Shown: piece after piece, positions 56,483 through 64,000 of the stretch
Layout of the letters: the number at the start of each line of letters is the position of its first letter
How positions within the stretch are numbered: the first letter of the stretch is position 1
Origin: an uncultured Alphaproteobacteria bacterium
GTDB taxonomy: Bacteria > Pseudomonadota > Alphaproteobacteria > Rhizobiales > Afifellaceae
DNA: 64,000 bases
Direction: 5' to 3'
Assembly (NCBI GenBank): GCA_963814905.1
Contig: CAWFEM010000008.1
Location: forward strand, 141,282-205,281
Translations under genes and position numbers: made by a program
Notes under the pieces: generated by a model
The model's database searches: none
Seen by the model: only the letters and a program-made list of their open reading frames with translations
What the model was told of the DNA's origin: nothing

Positions 56483-57460
56483 GTGAGCCTGCCCCGCGTC
56501 TTCGTTCCGCATCCGATCCACGCTGACGGGCTTGCCAGGCTGGCGGAGCATTTCGTCGTCGATGCCCCGCTCAGCCAGGATGAGGACGAGCAGTGGCTGT
56601 CGTTCTCTATGGCCGACGCGGTCGTCGTCAGAAATATCGGGATCGACGCCGAGCTGATCGCGGCGCTTCCACGTCTCAGGGTGATCGCCAAGCACGGGGC
56701 CGGGGTCGACAACATCGACATCGCCGCGGCGACCGCGCGCGGTATCGTCGTCGCGAGCGTTCCCGGCGGCAATGCGGATGCCGTCGCGGAGGCGACCGTG
56801 ACCATGATGCTCGCCGCACTGCGGCGTGTTCCGGCCGTGCATGAAATGGTCGTCGGCGGGCGCTACGCGGCGCGCTGGGAGCTGCAATACGAACAGCTCC
56901 TCGATCGGACTCTGGGGCTTGTGGGAATCGGGAATATAGGCGCGCGCGTCGCGCGTATATGCGCGAGCGGGTTCAGGATGCGCGTGCTGGCCTACGATCC
57001 GGGGCTCTCAGAAGCGGCCGTCAAGGAGCGCGGGGCGGAGAAGGTGGGGAGCCTCGAAGCACTCCTGTCGGCGTCCGACGCCGTCTCCCTGCATGTGCCG
57101 CTGACGGCGGAGACCCGCCACATCATCGGCCGGGAAGAGCTGAAGGCCATGAAGCCGACCGCGATTCTCGTCAACGCGGCGCGGGGGCCGCTCATCGACG
57201 AGCGCGCGCTGGCGGAGGCTTTGCACGACGGACGGATCGGCGGCGCGGCGCTCGACGTCTTCGAGGTCGAGCCCCCGGCACCGGACAATCCGATCCTGAC
57301 GGCGCCAAACGTCGTGCTTTCGCCCCACACCGCCGGCAACACGGTGGCGGCGGCGCGCACGCTTGCGCTCGCATCGGCCGACATTGCGATCTCCGTCCTC
57401 TGCGGCCGCCGGCCGGAGGGATTTCTCAATCCCGAGGTCTGGGAGCGACGGCGAAAATAG
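56483..57460 (+). CDS. D-isomer-specific 2-hydroxyacid dehydrogenase (phosphoglycerate dehydrogenase-like)
   Basis: Blocks LGLVGIGNIGARVA (GxGxxG), VNAARGPLIDE and LSPHTAGNT (catalytic His) are present. The start is assigned to the GTG at 56483, which is uncertain because the track ORF extends to 56402. Confidence 0.85.
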   Translation: MSLPRVFVPHPIHADGLARLAEHFVVDAPLSQDEDEQWLSFSMADAVVVRNIGIDAELIAALPRLRVIAKHGAGVDNIDIAAATARGIVVASVPGGNADAVAEATVTMMLAALRRVPAVHEMVVGGRYAARWELQYEQLLDRTLGLVGIGNIGARVARICASGFRMRVLAYDPGLSEAAVKERGAEKVGSLEALLSASDAVSLHVPLTAETRHIIGREELKAMKPTAILVNAARGPLIDERALAEALHDGRIGGAALDVFEVEPPAPDNPILTAPNVVLSPHTAGNTVAAARTLALASADIAISVLCGRRPEGFLNPEVWERRRK

Positions 57461-57550
57461 CATCCGGGCGACAGCCGATCGGCGGCGAGAACACGGGCTC
57501 CGGCGGGACTTTCCCGCGGCGCCTCCGAAAGAGAATCCTGCGGGAGAGCC

Positions 57551-58504
57551 ATGGGTGAGATTCTCGGCATCGTCCTGCCGGTCTTCGGGCTGATCGGCAT
57601 CGGGGCGGCGGTCGCGTGGATGAAGCTTCTCGGCGAGGCTTCGGGCGAAGCTCTGTCGGAATTCGTCTTCGTCGTCGCGATCCCGCTCCTGATCTTCCGC
57701 ATCATGGCAACCGCGGATTTGGGCGGCGTCTCGGCATGGCGTCTCTGGCTCGCGTTCTTCGCCGCCTTCGCCGTCGTCTGGATCGCCGGCACCGTGCTGA
57801 CGCGCCGCTTCTTCGGCCGGGATGCGCGCGCCGGGCTCGTGGCTGGACTGGCCGCAGCCTACGGGAATACCACGCTGATCGGCATTCCGCTCGCATTCGC
57901 CGCCTTCGGAGCGGAGGGATCGGTTCCGATGGCTCTCATCGTCGCCGTGCAGCTTCCGGTGATGATGACCGCCGTGGCGCTTCTGATGGTGCGGGCCGAG
58001 CGAGACGACAATACCAAGCCGGCGGCTCCGCGGGTCGGCGCGCTCCTTCGTTCGATCGCGGAGAACCTGGTGCGCAATCCGATCGTTATCGGCCTCGCCG
58101 CCGGCCTGGCGTGGCGCCTTTCGGGCGTCCCGCTTTCCGGCCTGCCGGCCGATTTGGTGAACCGCCTTGCCGACGTCGCGGGCACCCTGGCGCTCTTCGC
58201 GCTGGGGATGACGCTCAAGCGATACGGCATCCGGGGAAATGTTTCCGCGGGCTTCGCGCTCACGGTCCTCAAGCTCCTGGCGATGCCGGCGCTTCTCCTT
58301 CTTTTCGCGCGCCTCGTCGGTCTTCCGCCGGTTGCCGCCAAGGTCGCCGTCATCGCCGCAGCCTGCCCGACCGGCGTGACGCCGTTCCTGGTCGCCGGCC
58401 GGTTCCGCACAGGCGAGGGTCTCGCATCGACCACGATCACGCTGTCGACGGCGCTCGCGGTCGTGTCCGCGGCGCTTTGGCTCAACGTCATCGGCTGGCT
58501 CTAG
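57551..58504 (+). CDS. AEC (auxin efflux carrier) family transporter
   Basis: 317 aa with about 10 TM segments. MGEILGIVLPVFGLIGIGAAVAW... is the family-typical N-terminus. Confidence 0.85.
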   Translation: MGEILGIVLPVFGLIGIGAAVAWMKLLGEASGEALSEFVFVVAIPLLIFRIMATADLGGVSAWRLWLAFFAAFAVVWIAGTVLTRRFFGRDARAGLVAGLAAAYGNTTLIGIPLAFAAFGAEGSVPMALIVAVQLPVMMTAVALLMVRAERDDNTKPAAPRVGALLRSIAENLVRNPIVIGLAAGLAWRLSGVPLSGLPADLVNRLADVAGTLALFALGMTLKRYGIRGNVSAGFALTVLKLLAMPALLLLFARLVGLPPVAAKVAVIAAACPTGVTPFLVAGRFRTGEGLASTTITLSTALAVVSAALWLNVIGWL

Positions 58505-58525
58505 CGGCGCGGGGCCGCTTCTCCG

Positions 58526-59227
58526 CTATTTCGGCTTGGACGCGAGGTAGCGGTCCTTGGTCTCCGCGTTCATGGGGTAAAGGCCGGGGAGGGACGCGCC
58601 CTTCTCCACCTCCGCCACGATCCACGCCTCCATGCGCTCCTGTTCGGGCGCCTCCGCCAGCACTTCGTCCACGAGCGCCTGCGGGATGACGACTGCGCCG
58701 TCCCCGTCGAGAACGACGATGTCGTCGGGCATCACCGCGACCCCACCGCAGCCGATCGGCTCCTGCCAGCCGACAAAAGTCAGCGCGGCGACCGAAGGCG
58801 GCGCTGCGCCGCCCTGGCACCAAACGGGGAGGCCGGTCTCCTTCACGCCGGCGAGATCGCGCACCATGCCGTCGGTGACCAATGCCGCCACCTGGCGCTT
58901 GACCATGCGGGCGCAGAGGATGTCGCCGAATATCCCGGCATCCGTCACGCCCCTCGCGTCGGCGACCACCACGCAATCCGGCGGCATGGCCTCGATCGCT
59001 GCGCGCGTGGAGGTGGGCGAGGACCACGACGCGGGGGTCGCAAGATCCTCGCGCGCCGGCACGAAGCGGAGCGTGAAGACGCTGCCGACCACGCGCGGCT
59101 GATTTGGGTGCAGCGCCTGCGGACCGCGCATCCAGATATTGCGCAGCCCCTTCTTCAGCAGGACCGTCGTTATCGTCGCGGTCGAGGTCTGGGCGAGAAT
59201 TTCTTTCACGTCCGGATTGAGCGGCAT
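58526..59227 (-). CDS. RraA-like / 4-hydroxy-4-methyl-2-oxoglutarate (HMG/CHA) aldolase family protein
   Basis: Trimmed to ATG 59227, giving 233 aa. Blocks are ..TATITTVLLKKGLRN.., VVVADARGVTDAGIFGDILCARM and GDGAVVIP, typical of the RraA fold. Confidence 0.8.
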   Translation of the reverse strand: MPLNPDVKEILAQTSTATITTVLLKKGLRNIWMRGPQALHPNQPRVVGSVFTLRFVPAREDLATPASWSSPTSTRAAIEAMPPDCVVVADARGVTDAGIFGDILCARMVKRQVAALVTDGMVRDLAGVKETGLPVWCQGGAAPPSVAALTFVGWQEPIGCGGVAVMPDDIVVLDGDGAVVIPQALVDEVLAEAPEQERMEAWIVAEVEKGASLPGLYPMNAETKDRYLASKPK

Positions 59228-59447
59228 GGCCCTTCTTCTTTCAAAAGTCGGCGAGGTCGACGCCGGGCACCAATAGCTTTGGAAAGCATGGCGGGTCCAG
59301 TCGTGGGGGAGCGGCATCGTCTCCGGCCCTTGTCACCGGGAAGCACCGTCTCGCGTCATGGGAGGGTTAAGAGCCGGATTCGGCGGAACACCGCGCCTTG
59401 TGGACGAAGCGTCGTGCAAGCCGGCGAAGAACGGTCGCGTCTCGCGA

Positions 59448-59477
59448 TTGACCGGACTTCTCTCCACGGCGCAATAT
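59448..59477 (+). promoter_or_regulatory. Candidate sigma70-type promoter of the dioxygenase operon
   Basis: TTGACC (59448-59453), an 18-nt spacer, then CAATAT (59472-59477). It lies about 29 nt upstream of the ATG 59506, which is preceded by GAGGAGGAGG. Confidence 0.35.
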
Positions 59478-59505
59478 CATCGCAGGTTGCGGTGAGGAGG
59501 AGGCC

Positions 59506-61335
59506 ATGCTCGGGAGACTGGCCGAGGCGTTGTTCGCGCAGATCAATCGCGTGCGCGTTTGGCACCGGCTGCCATTCCTGCCGTTGCGTATCGCTAATCT
59601 CCTGATCATCCGTCGCGGCCTGCGCCGCCTCAACCTTCACGATACGCAACGCGGCGGCTTTCCGCGGCCCGAGAACGACGTCGGGCCGGAGTTGTATCGC
59701 GTCGGCCGCACGGTCGATGGCAGCTACAACGATCTCGCCACACCCGCGATGGGCATGCGCGGCATGCGCTTCGGCCGCAACGCCCCCGTCGACAGCCTCA
59801 AGATCCCGACGGCGCGCGACATCATGGAGCCGAACCCGCGCGAGGTGAGCCGCCGGCTCCTGGCGCGGCGTAACGGCGAGTTCCACGCCGTCCCCTATTT
59901 GAACGTCTTCGCCGCCGCCTGGCTGCAATTCCAGACGCATGACTGGTTCGGCCATCCGCGCGACGATCAGAATCCGCATGAGATCCCGCTTGCCGACGGC
60001 GACGAATGGCCGAGCGCGGAGCGCAAGATCCGCTTCGGCCGGTCGCAGCCCGACAAGGAAGCCTATGCAGATCGCGGTCTGCCGCCGGCCTTCGTGAACA
60101 CCGAATCGCACTGGTGGGATTGCGGCCAAGTCTACGGCAAGGATGAAACGCGTCAGCAGGCACTGCGCACCGGGGTGGAGGGCAAGCTCAAGGTCGGGTC
60201 GGACGGTCGGCTCGAAAAAGAGGCGACGGGGCTTGAGCTGACCGGCGTCAACGACAATTGGTGGGTCGGTCTGTCGCTGCTCCACACGCTCTTCACGCGC
60301 GAGCACAATGCGATCTGCGACCGGCTGATCGCGGCCTATCCGTCGCGCCGCGGCGACGACGAATGGCTCTACCAGAAGGCGAGGCTCGTCACCATCGCCG
60401 TGATCGCCAAGATTCACACCGTCGAATGGACGCCGGCGCTCCTGAACAACCCGACCATGCGCTTCGCCATGCGCGCCAATTGGTGGGGCGCCTTCGGCGA
60501 GACCTTCTACCGCGAGCGCGGGCGCGTCACCCAGGGCGAGACGCTGCAGGGGATTCCGGGCTCCGTGACCGATCACCACACCGCGCCCTATTCGCTGACC
60601 GAGGAGTTCGTCGCCGTCTACCGGATGCATCCCCTGATGCCGGATGTCTTCGATTTCCGCTCGCTTGCCGACGATTCGCCGATACGCGGCGCCGAAGCGC
60701 TCGATTTTCGCGGTGTCTCCGGCAAGCGCACCGTCGACCTTTACGAGCGCATGTCGCAGGCCGACGCCGCCTATTCGCTCGGCACCCGCAATCCCGGCCA
60801 GGTCAGGCTGCGCAATTATCCGAGCGGGCTCTCGCACTTCGAGCGGCAGGATTCCCTTTCGGGCACGGAGAGCAGCGACTTCTTCGATCTCGGGACCGTC
60901 GACGTCGTGCGCGACCGCGAGCGCGGCATCCCGCGCTACAACGATTTCCGCCGCATGCTGCGCATGCCGCCTTTCGAGACGATCGATCAGATCACGTCGA
61001 ACAAGGAATGGGCGGCGGAGATCGGCGCCGTCTACGGCGGCGACGTGGAGAAGGTAGACACCATCGTCGGACTTCTCGCCGAGGACCTGCCGGAAGGCTT
61101 TGGCTTCTCCGACACGGCGTTCCGCATCTTCATCGTGATGGCATCGCGGCGGCTGAAGAGCGACCGCTTCTTCACCGTCGACTTCACCTCCGATATGTAC
61201 ACGCCGGAAGGCATGGACTGGATCAATCGCACCTTCATGACGGATGTGCTTTTGCGCCATATGCCGGAGCTTGAGCCGGCGCTGCGCGGGGTAAAGAACG
61301 CGTTCTTCAAATGGCGGGAAGCGAAACCGCAGTAA
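59506..61335 (+). CDS. Haem peroxidase-cyclooxygenase superfamily protein, plant alpha-dioxygenase (alpha-DOX/PIOX)-like fatty-acid dioxygenase
   Basis: 609 aa. The distal-His block is FAAAWLQFQTHDW (His codon 59938-59940). The radical-Tyr/proximal-His block is EEFVAVYRMHPLMP (Tyr codon 60619-60621, His three residues later). Other blocks are LFTREHNAICD, IAKIHTVEWTP and DRERGIPRYNDFRR. It is colinear with plant alpha-DOX as I remember it. Confidence 0.85.
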   Translation: MLGRLAEALFAQINRVRVWHRLPFLPLRIANLLIIRRGLRRLNLHDTQRGGFPRPENDVGPELYRVGRTVDGSYNDLATPAMGMRGMRFGRNAPVDSLKIPTARDIMEPNPREVSRRLLARRNGEFHAVPYLNVFAAAWLQFQTHDWFGHPRDDQNPHEIPLADGDEWPSAERKIRFGRSQPDKEAYADRGLPPAFVNTESHWWDCGQVYGKDETRQQALRTGVEGKLKVGSDGRLEKEATGLELTGVNDNWWVGLSLLHTLFTREHNAICDRLIAAYPSRRGDDEWLYQKARLVTIAVIAKIHTVEWTPALLNNPTMRFAMRANWWGAFGETFYRERGRVTQGETLQGIPGSVTDHHTAPYSLTEEFVAVYRMHPLMPDVFDFRSLADDSPIRGAEALDFRGVSGKRTVDLYERMSQADAAYSLGTRNPGQVRLRNYPSGLSHFERQDSLSGTESSDFFDLGTVDVVRDRERGIPRYNDFRRMLRMPPFETIDQITSNKEWAAEIGAVYGGDVEKVDTIVGLLAEDLPEGFGFSDTAFRIFIVMASRRLKSDRFFTVDFTSDMYTPEGMDWINRTFMTDVLLRHMPELEPALRGVKNAFFKWREAKPQ

Positions 61336-62312
61336 ACGCCGCGCCGCTTGCGGCGGGGTCGGATCGGAACATGGCTCGACATTTGCGGATACCGGGCTTG
61401 GCTGATCTCTTCACCGCCGATGAGGCGGGGTCGATCCGCACGCTCGACGCGCATCCGCGCATCGATCGCGTCTTCGACCCGGAGGGTCCGCTCCTGACGC
61501 GCATCCTGCGCGCGCGCATCCGTACAGTCTTCCATATCGACGGCCGGCTCTGGCCCGCCTTCCTGCCGCGCGGCGACGAAGCTCGTCAGAGGGACGGGGA
61601 GGCGCTACATGCGCGCCTCAGCAGCCACGCGCGCCGCAACGCCTTCGACGTCGACGCGCTCGACAGTCTCGCCGCTCTGCTGCTCGCGCCGGACGCCACC
61701 CGTCCGGCGATCGGAGAGGCGATGCAGCAGGCCGTGGGGCGCGCCTTCCATTCCGGATTCCAGGCGACGCCGGAGACCTATGCCGCCGCCGACCGCCTCG
61801 CGAACTGGCCGCAGGCCGGGCCCTTGCGGTCGTTGTGGATGACGCTTTCCGGCTCCATCCAGCGCTCGCGGCGCGTGATCCTGGAGGCGGCGAAGAACGA
61901 TCCCTATTGCGCCCACGCCATCTCGCTGGCGCTTCCGAACATGATCGCGAGCTTCGAGCGGATGCGGGCGCTCCGGCGCGCGACGCCGGACCTGACGGAG
62001 ATGCGCTCCACGGCCGCGGCGCTCAGTGTCATACGCGGTCCGCGCACGCTGATCCGCGGCGTGCGGCCGCTCGTGCTTCCCGCCGATCCGCGGCTCGCGC
62101 TGCGCCGTCCGAACGTCAAGATCGACGTGCCGGAGACGAAGAAGCCACTCAGGCGCGGTGCGCTCGTCCGCTTCGATCGCGGCAAGGCGCAAAGCGTCGA
62201 CCACCGGCTCGTCTTCGCCGAGGACAATTGGTCGGCCTGCCCGGCGCGCGACTGGGTCCCGGAGCTCTTTGCCGAGATATGGCGGCGCGCCATTCGCCGA
62301 GGTGAGCCGTGA
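61311..62312 (+). CDS. Orphan protein in the dioxygenase operon (no family recognised; possible distant P450-like C-terminus)
   Basis: 333 codons from ATG 61311, which overlaps the dioxygenase 3' end by 25 nt. ATG 61371 is an alternative start. Codon usage is coding-like, and the stop overlaps the GTG of the next gene (GTGA). The C-terminal ..FAEDNWSACPARDWVPELFAEIW weakly resembles a P450/CYP74 Cys-ligand loop. Confidence 0.6.
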   Translation: MAGSETAVNAAPLAAGSDRNMARHLRIPGLADLFTADEAGSIRTLDAHPRIDRVFDPEGPLLTRILRARIRTVFHIDGRLWPAFLPRGDEARQRDGEALHARLSSHARRNAFDVDALDSLAALLLAPDATRPAIGEAMQQAVGRAFHSGFQATPETYAAADRLANWPQAGPLRSLWMTLSGSIQRSRRVILEAAKNDPYCAHAISLALPNMIASFERMRALRRATPDLTEMRSTAAALSVIRGPRTLIRGVRPLVLPADPRLALRRPNVKIDVPETKKPLRRGALVRFDRGKAQSVDHRLVFAEDNWSACPARDWVPELFAEIWRRAIRRGEP

Positions 62313-63643
62313 ACGACGACCCGATCTTCCGGCCGCTGCGCTTCAAGAGCGGGCTCAGGGTGAAGAACCGCATCTTCCGCTCGTCGATCTCCGGGCAGTT
62401 CGACAACGAGGACGGCTCCGGCACGCAGACCCGCATCAACTGGGAGGCGCGCTTCGCGCGCGGCGGGGTGGGCGCCATCATCTCCTCCTACGTGCCGGTA
62501 ATGATGCGCGGCCGCATCCTTCCCTTCTACGCCACCATCCATCGCGACGAGCACATTCCGTTCTGGCGGACGGTCGGCGAGCAGGCGCGCAAGTTCGAAT
62601 GCCGCTTCATCATGCAGCTCAGCCATTCGGGGCGGCAGCAGGACCGGCCCGGCGTGTCCAACCGCTGGCGCAAGGCGCTCTCCTCCACCTCGCGCACAGA
62701 ATCGCTGCACGGCTTTCCCTGCCAGGCGATGACGCGCTGGCAGATCGACGACGTGATCGACGCCTTCGGCCACGGCGCGCGGCGCGCCCAGGAGGCGGGG
62801 CTCGACGGCGTCGAACTGCACGCCGCGAACGGCTACCTCTTCACGCAGTTCTTGAGCTCCGGCATCAACGACCGCACCGACGAATATGGCGGCTCGCTTT
62901 TTAATCGCGCCCGCTTCCTGCTCGACGTGATCGCCAGGGTCCGAGACTTCGTCGGCCCGGGCTTCCACCTCCAGGTGAAGCTCTCGGCGATCGACCAGAA
63001 CGACGTCATCCCCTGGGAGCCGAAAGGCGACGGGCTGGCGGAGACGGTGCAGGTGGCGAAGTGGGTGGAAGCGGCCGGCGCCCACGCGATCCACGTCTCC
63101 ACCGGCAGTCTCTTCCCGCATCCGCTCAATCCGCCCGGCGGCTTCTCCTTCAACTCGATCGCCGCGACCTACGACGCCATGATCTCGTCGGGCACGCGCA
63201 CGATGCGCAACTACCTGCTCTTCCGCTACCACCTGCTGCGCCCGATCTTCGCGTTCGTCTGGGAGCGCAAGAAGAAGCTCAATCCGCCTGAGGGTGTCGG
63301 CCTCGACGAGGCGCGCGCCATCAAGCAGGCGGTCTCCATTCCCGTGATCTCGACCGGCGGCTACCAGGACGCGCGGCTGATCCGTTTGGGGATCGAGGAA
63401 GGGTCGTTCGACGCGGTTGCGATCGCGCGGCCGCTCATCGCCAATCCCGACCTCGTGCGCTGGTTCGAGAAGGGCTACGATCTGCCGGAGCGGCCCTGCA
63501 CCTATTGCAACAAGTGCCTCTTGAATGCGCCGAAGAATCCGCTCGGCTGCTACGAGCTGCCGCGCTTCGACGGCGACGTGGAGAGGATGCTCGCCGAGAT
63601 CCTCTCCATCTACGACACCGCCCCGAACTACCGGGTCACTTAG
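62309..63643 (+). CDS. NADH:flavin oxidoreductase, Old Yellow Enzyme family
   Basis: 444 aa. Blocks are GVGAIISSYV, FIMQLSHSGRQ, DGVELHAANGYLFTQFLSSGINDRTDEYGGSLFNRARF and AVAIARPLIANPDL. Confidence 0.9.
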   Translation: MNDDPIFRPLRFKSGLRVKNRIFRSSISGQFDNEDGSGTQTRINWEARFARGGVGAIISSYVPVMMRGRILPFYATIHRDEHIPFWRTVGEQARKFECRFIMQLSHSGRQQDRPGVSNRWRKALSSTSRTESLHGFPCQAMTRWQIDDVIDAFGHGARRAQEAGLDGVELHAANGYLFTQFLSSGINDRTDEYGGSLFNRARFLLDVIARVRDFVGPGFHLQVKLSAIDQNDVIPWEPKGDGLAETVQVAKWVEAAGAHAIHVSTGSLFPHPLNPPGGFSFNSIAATYDAMISSGTRTMRNYLLFRYHLLRPIFAFVWERKKKLNPPEGVGLDEARAIKQAVSIPVISTGGYQDARLIRLGIEEGSFDAVAIARPLIANPDLVRWFEKGYDLPERPCTYCNKCLLNAPKNPLGCYELPRFDGDVERMLAEILSIYDTAPNYRVT

Positions 63644-63659
63644 GGAACGGAGCGAAGCT

Positions 63660-64000
63660 ATGCTAAGTCCCGATCCCCCGGTCACGCTCGTTCAAGAGGT
63701 GGGCGACCGCGCTCGGCGCAGACGCTTCTGGACTCTCGGGCCGATCCTGCTGGTCCTCGTCATCCTCGCGATCGTCGCCATCGCCAATATCTGGCGCCTC
63801 TACACCAACGAGCCGGTTCGCTACGCCAATATCGGCGACCACTTCAAATACGGCTCGATCGGCAGCGAGCCGGAGAGCGGGCTTCCCTATTGGATGTGGC
63901 GCGCGCTGCCGATCATGTTCGAGAACGAGCTCGGGCCGGACGGGCTCTCCGTCTTCGGGTTCCTCTACGAGGCGGGGCGCGATCTGCCGATCGGCGTCTC
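63660..64000 (+). CDS. Membrane-anchored hypothetical protein (N-terminal part; continues beyond the window)
   Basis: ATG 63660 follows GGAACGGAG, 17 nt after the OYE stop. One TM segment (FWTLGPILLVLVILAIVAIANIW) is followed by DHFKYGSIGSEPESGLPYWMWRALPIMF. No CxxCH or other diagnostic motif is seen in the visible part. Confidence 0.55.
   Translation, partial: MLSPDPPVTLVQEVGDRARRRRFWTLGPILLVLVILAIVAIANIWRLYTNEPVRYANIGDHFKYGSIGSEPESGLPYWMWRALPIMFENELGPDGLSVFGFLYEAGRDLPIGV

Overview
High-GC (about two-thirds G+C by eye) alphaproteobacterial, Rhizobiales-like chromosome segment. All calls come from reading the supplied ORF translations and the DNA; no database search was possible. Many long ORFs in the track are antisense or out-of-frame shadows typical of high-GC DNA and were not called. 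The track translates TTG/GTG starts as M, so several ORFs were trimmed to better starts. Layout: (1) 1-12.1 kb is a conserved housekeeping core: ubiE (partial), mutM, enoyl-CoA hydratase, rpsT, rhodanese, dnaA-dnaN-recF, a LysE exporter, gyrB, DoxX and arfB. (2) 12.36 kb carries tRNA-Arg(CCG), followed by a visibly lower-GC islet with an IS3-like transposase remnant, a fasciclin protein, an XRE-cupin regulator, TspO and a PAS-adenylate cyclase. (3) 16.3-23.3 kb is a quinate/shikimate catabolic cluster: aroQ, a TRAP transporter, quinate/shikimate dehydrogenase, a TetR regulator and a QuiC-type dehydroshikimate dehydratase, with a repeated candidate TetR operator. (4) 23.8-39.3 kb is a composite sugar/polyol locus: Zn-ADH, long DeoC, a two-module ALDH, a SorC regulator, two FGGY kinases, an SDR, a CUT2 ABC transporter, a cupin-type PGI, an AroE-like protein and a 2-hydroxyacid dehydrogenase with its NAD domain deleted. 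(5) 39.4-45.9 kb holds an RpiR regulator and a translationally coupled gnd-zwf-ppgK-GH15 glucoamylase operon. (6) 46-56.5 kb holds an MFS transporter, three tandem cytoplasmic LVIVD-repeat beta-propeller paralogues of unknown function fused into a CUT2 ABC operon, and a divergent GntR regulator. (7) 56.5-59.2 kb holds a 2-hydroxyacid dehydrogenase, an AEC transporter and an RraA-like aldolase. (8) 59.5-64 kb is a tightly coupled operon encoding a plant-type alpha-dioxygenase-like haem enzyme, an orphan protein, an Old Yellow Enzyme and a membrane protein. The two strongest novelty candidates are this alpha-dioxygenase/orphan/OYE operon (a possible bacterial oxylipin or fatty-acid alpha-oxidation module) and the triple LVIVD propeller array. 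No CRISPR array, prophage or recognisable defence system was seen.
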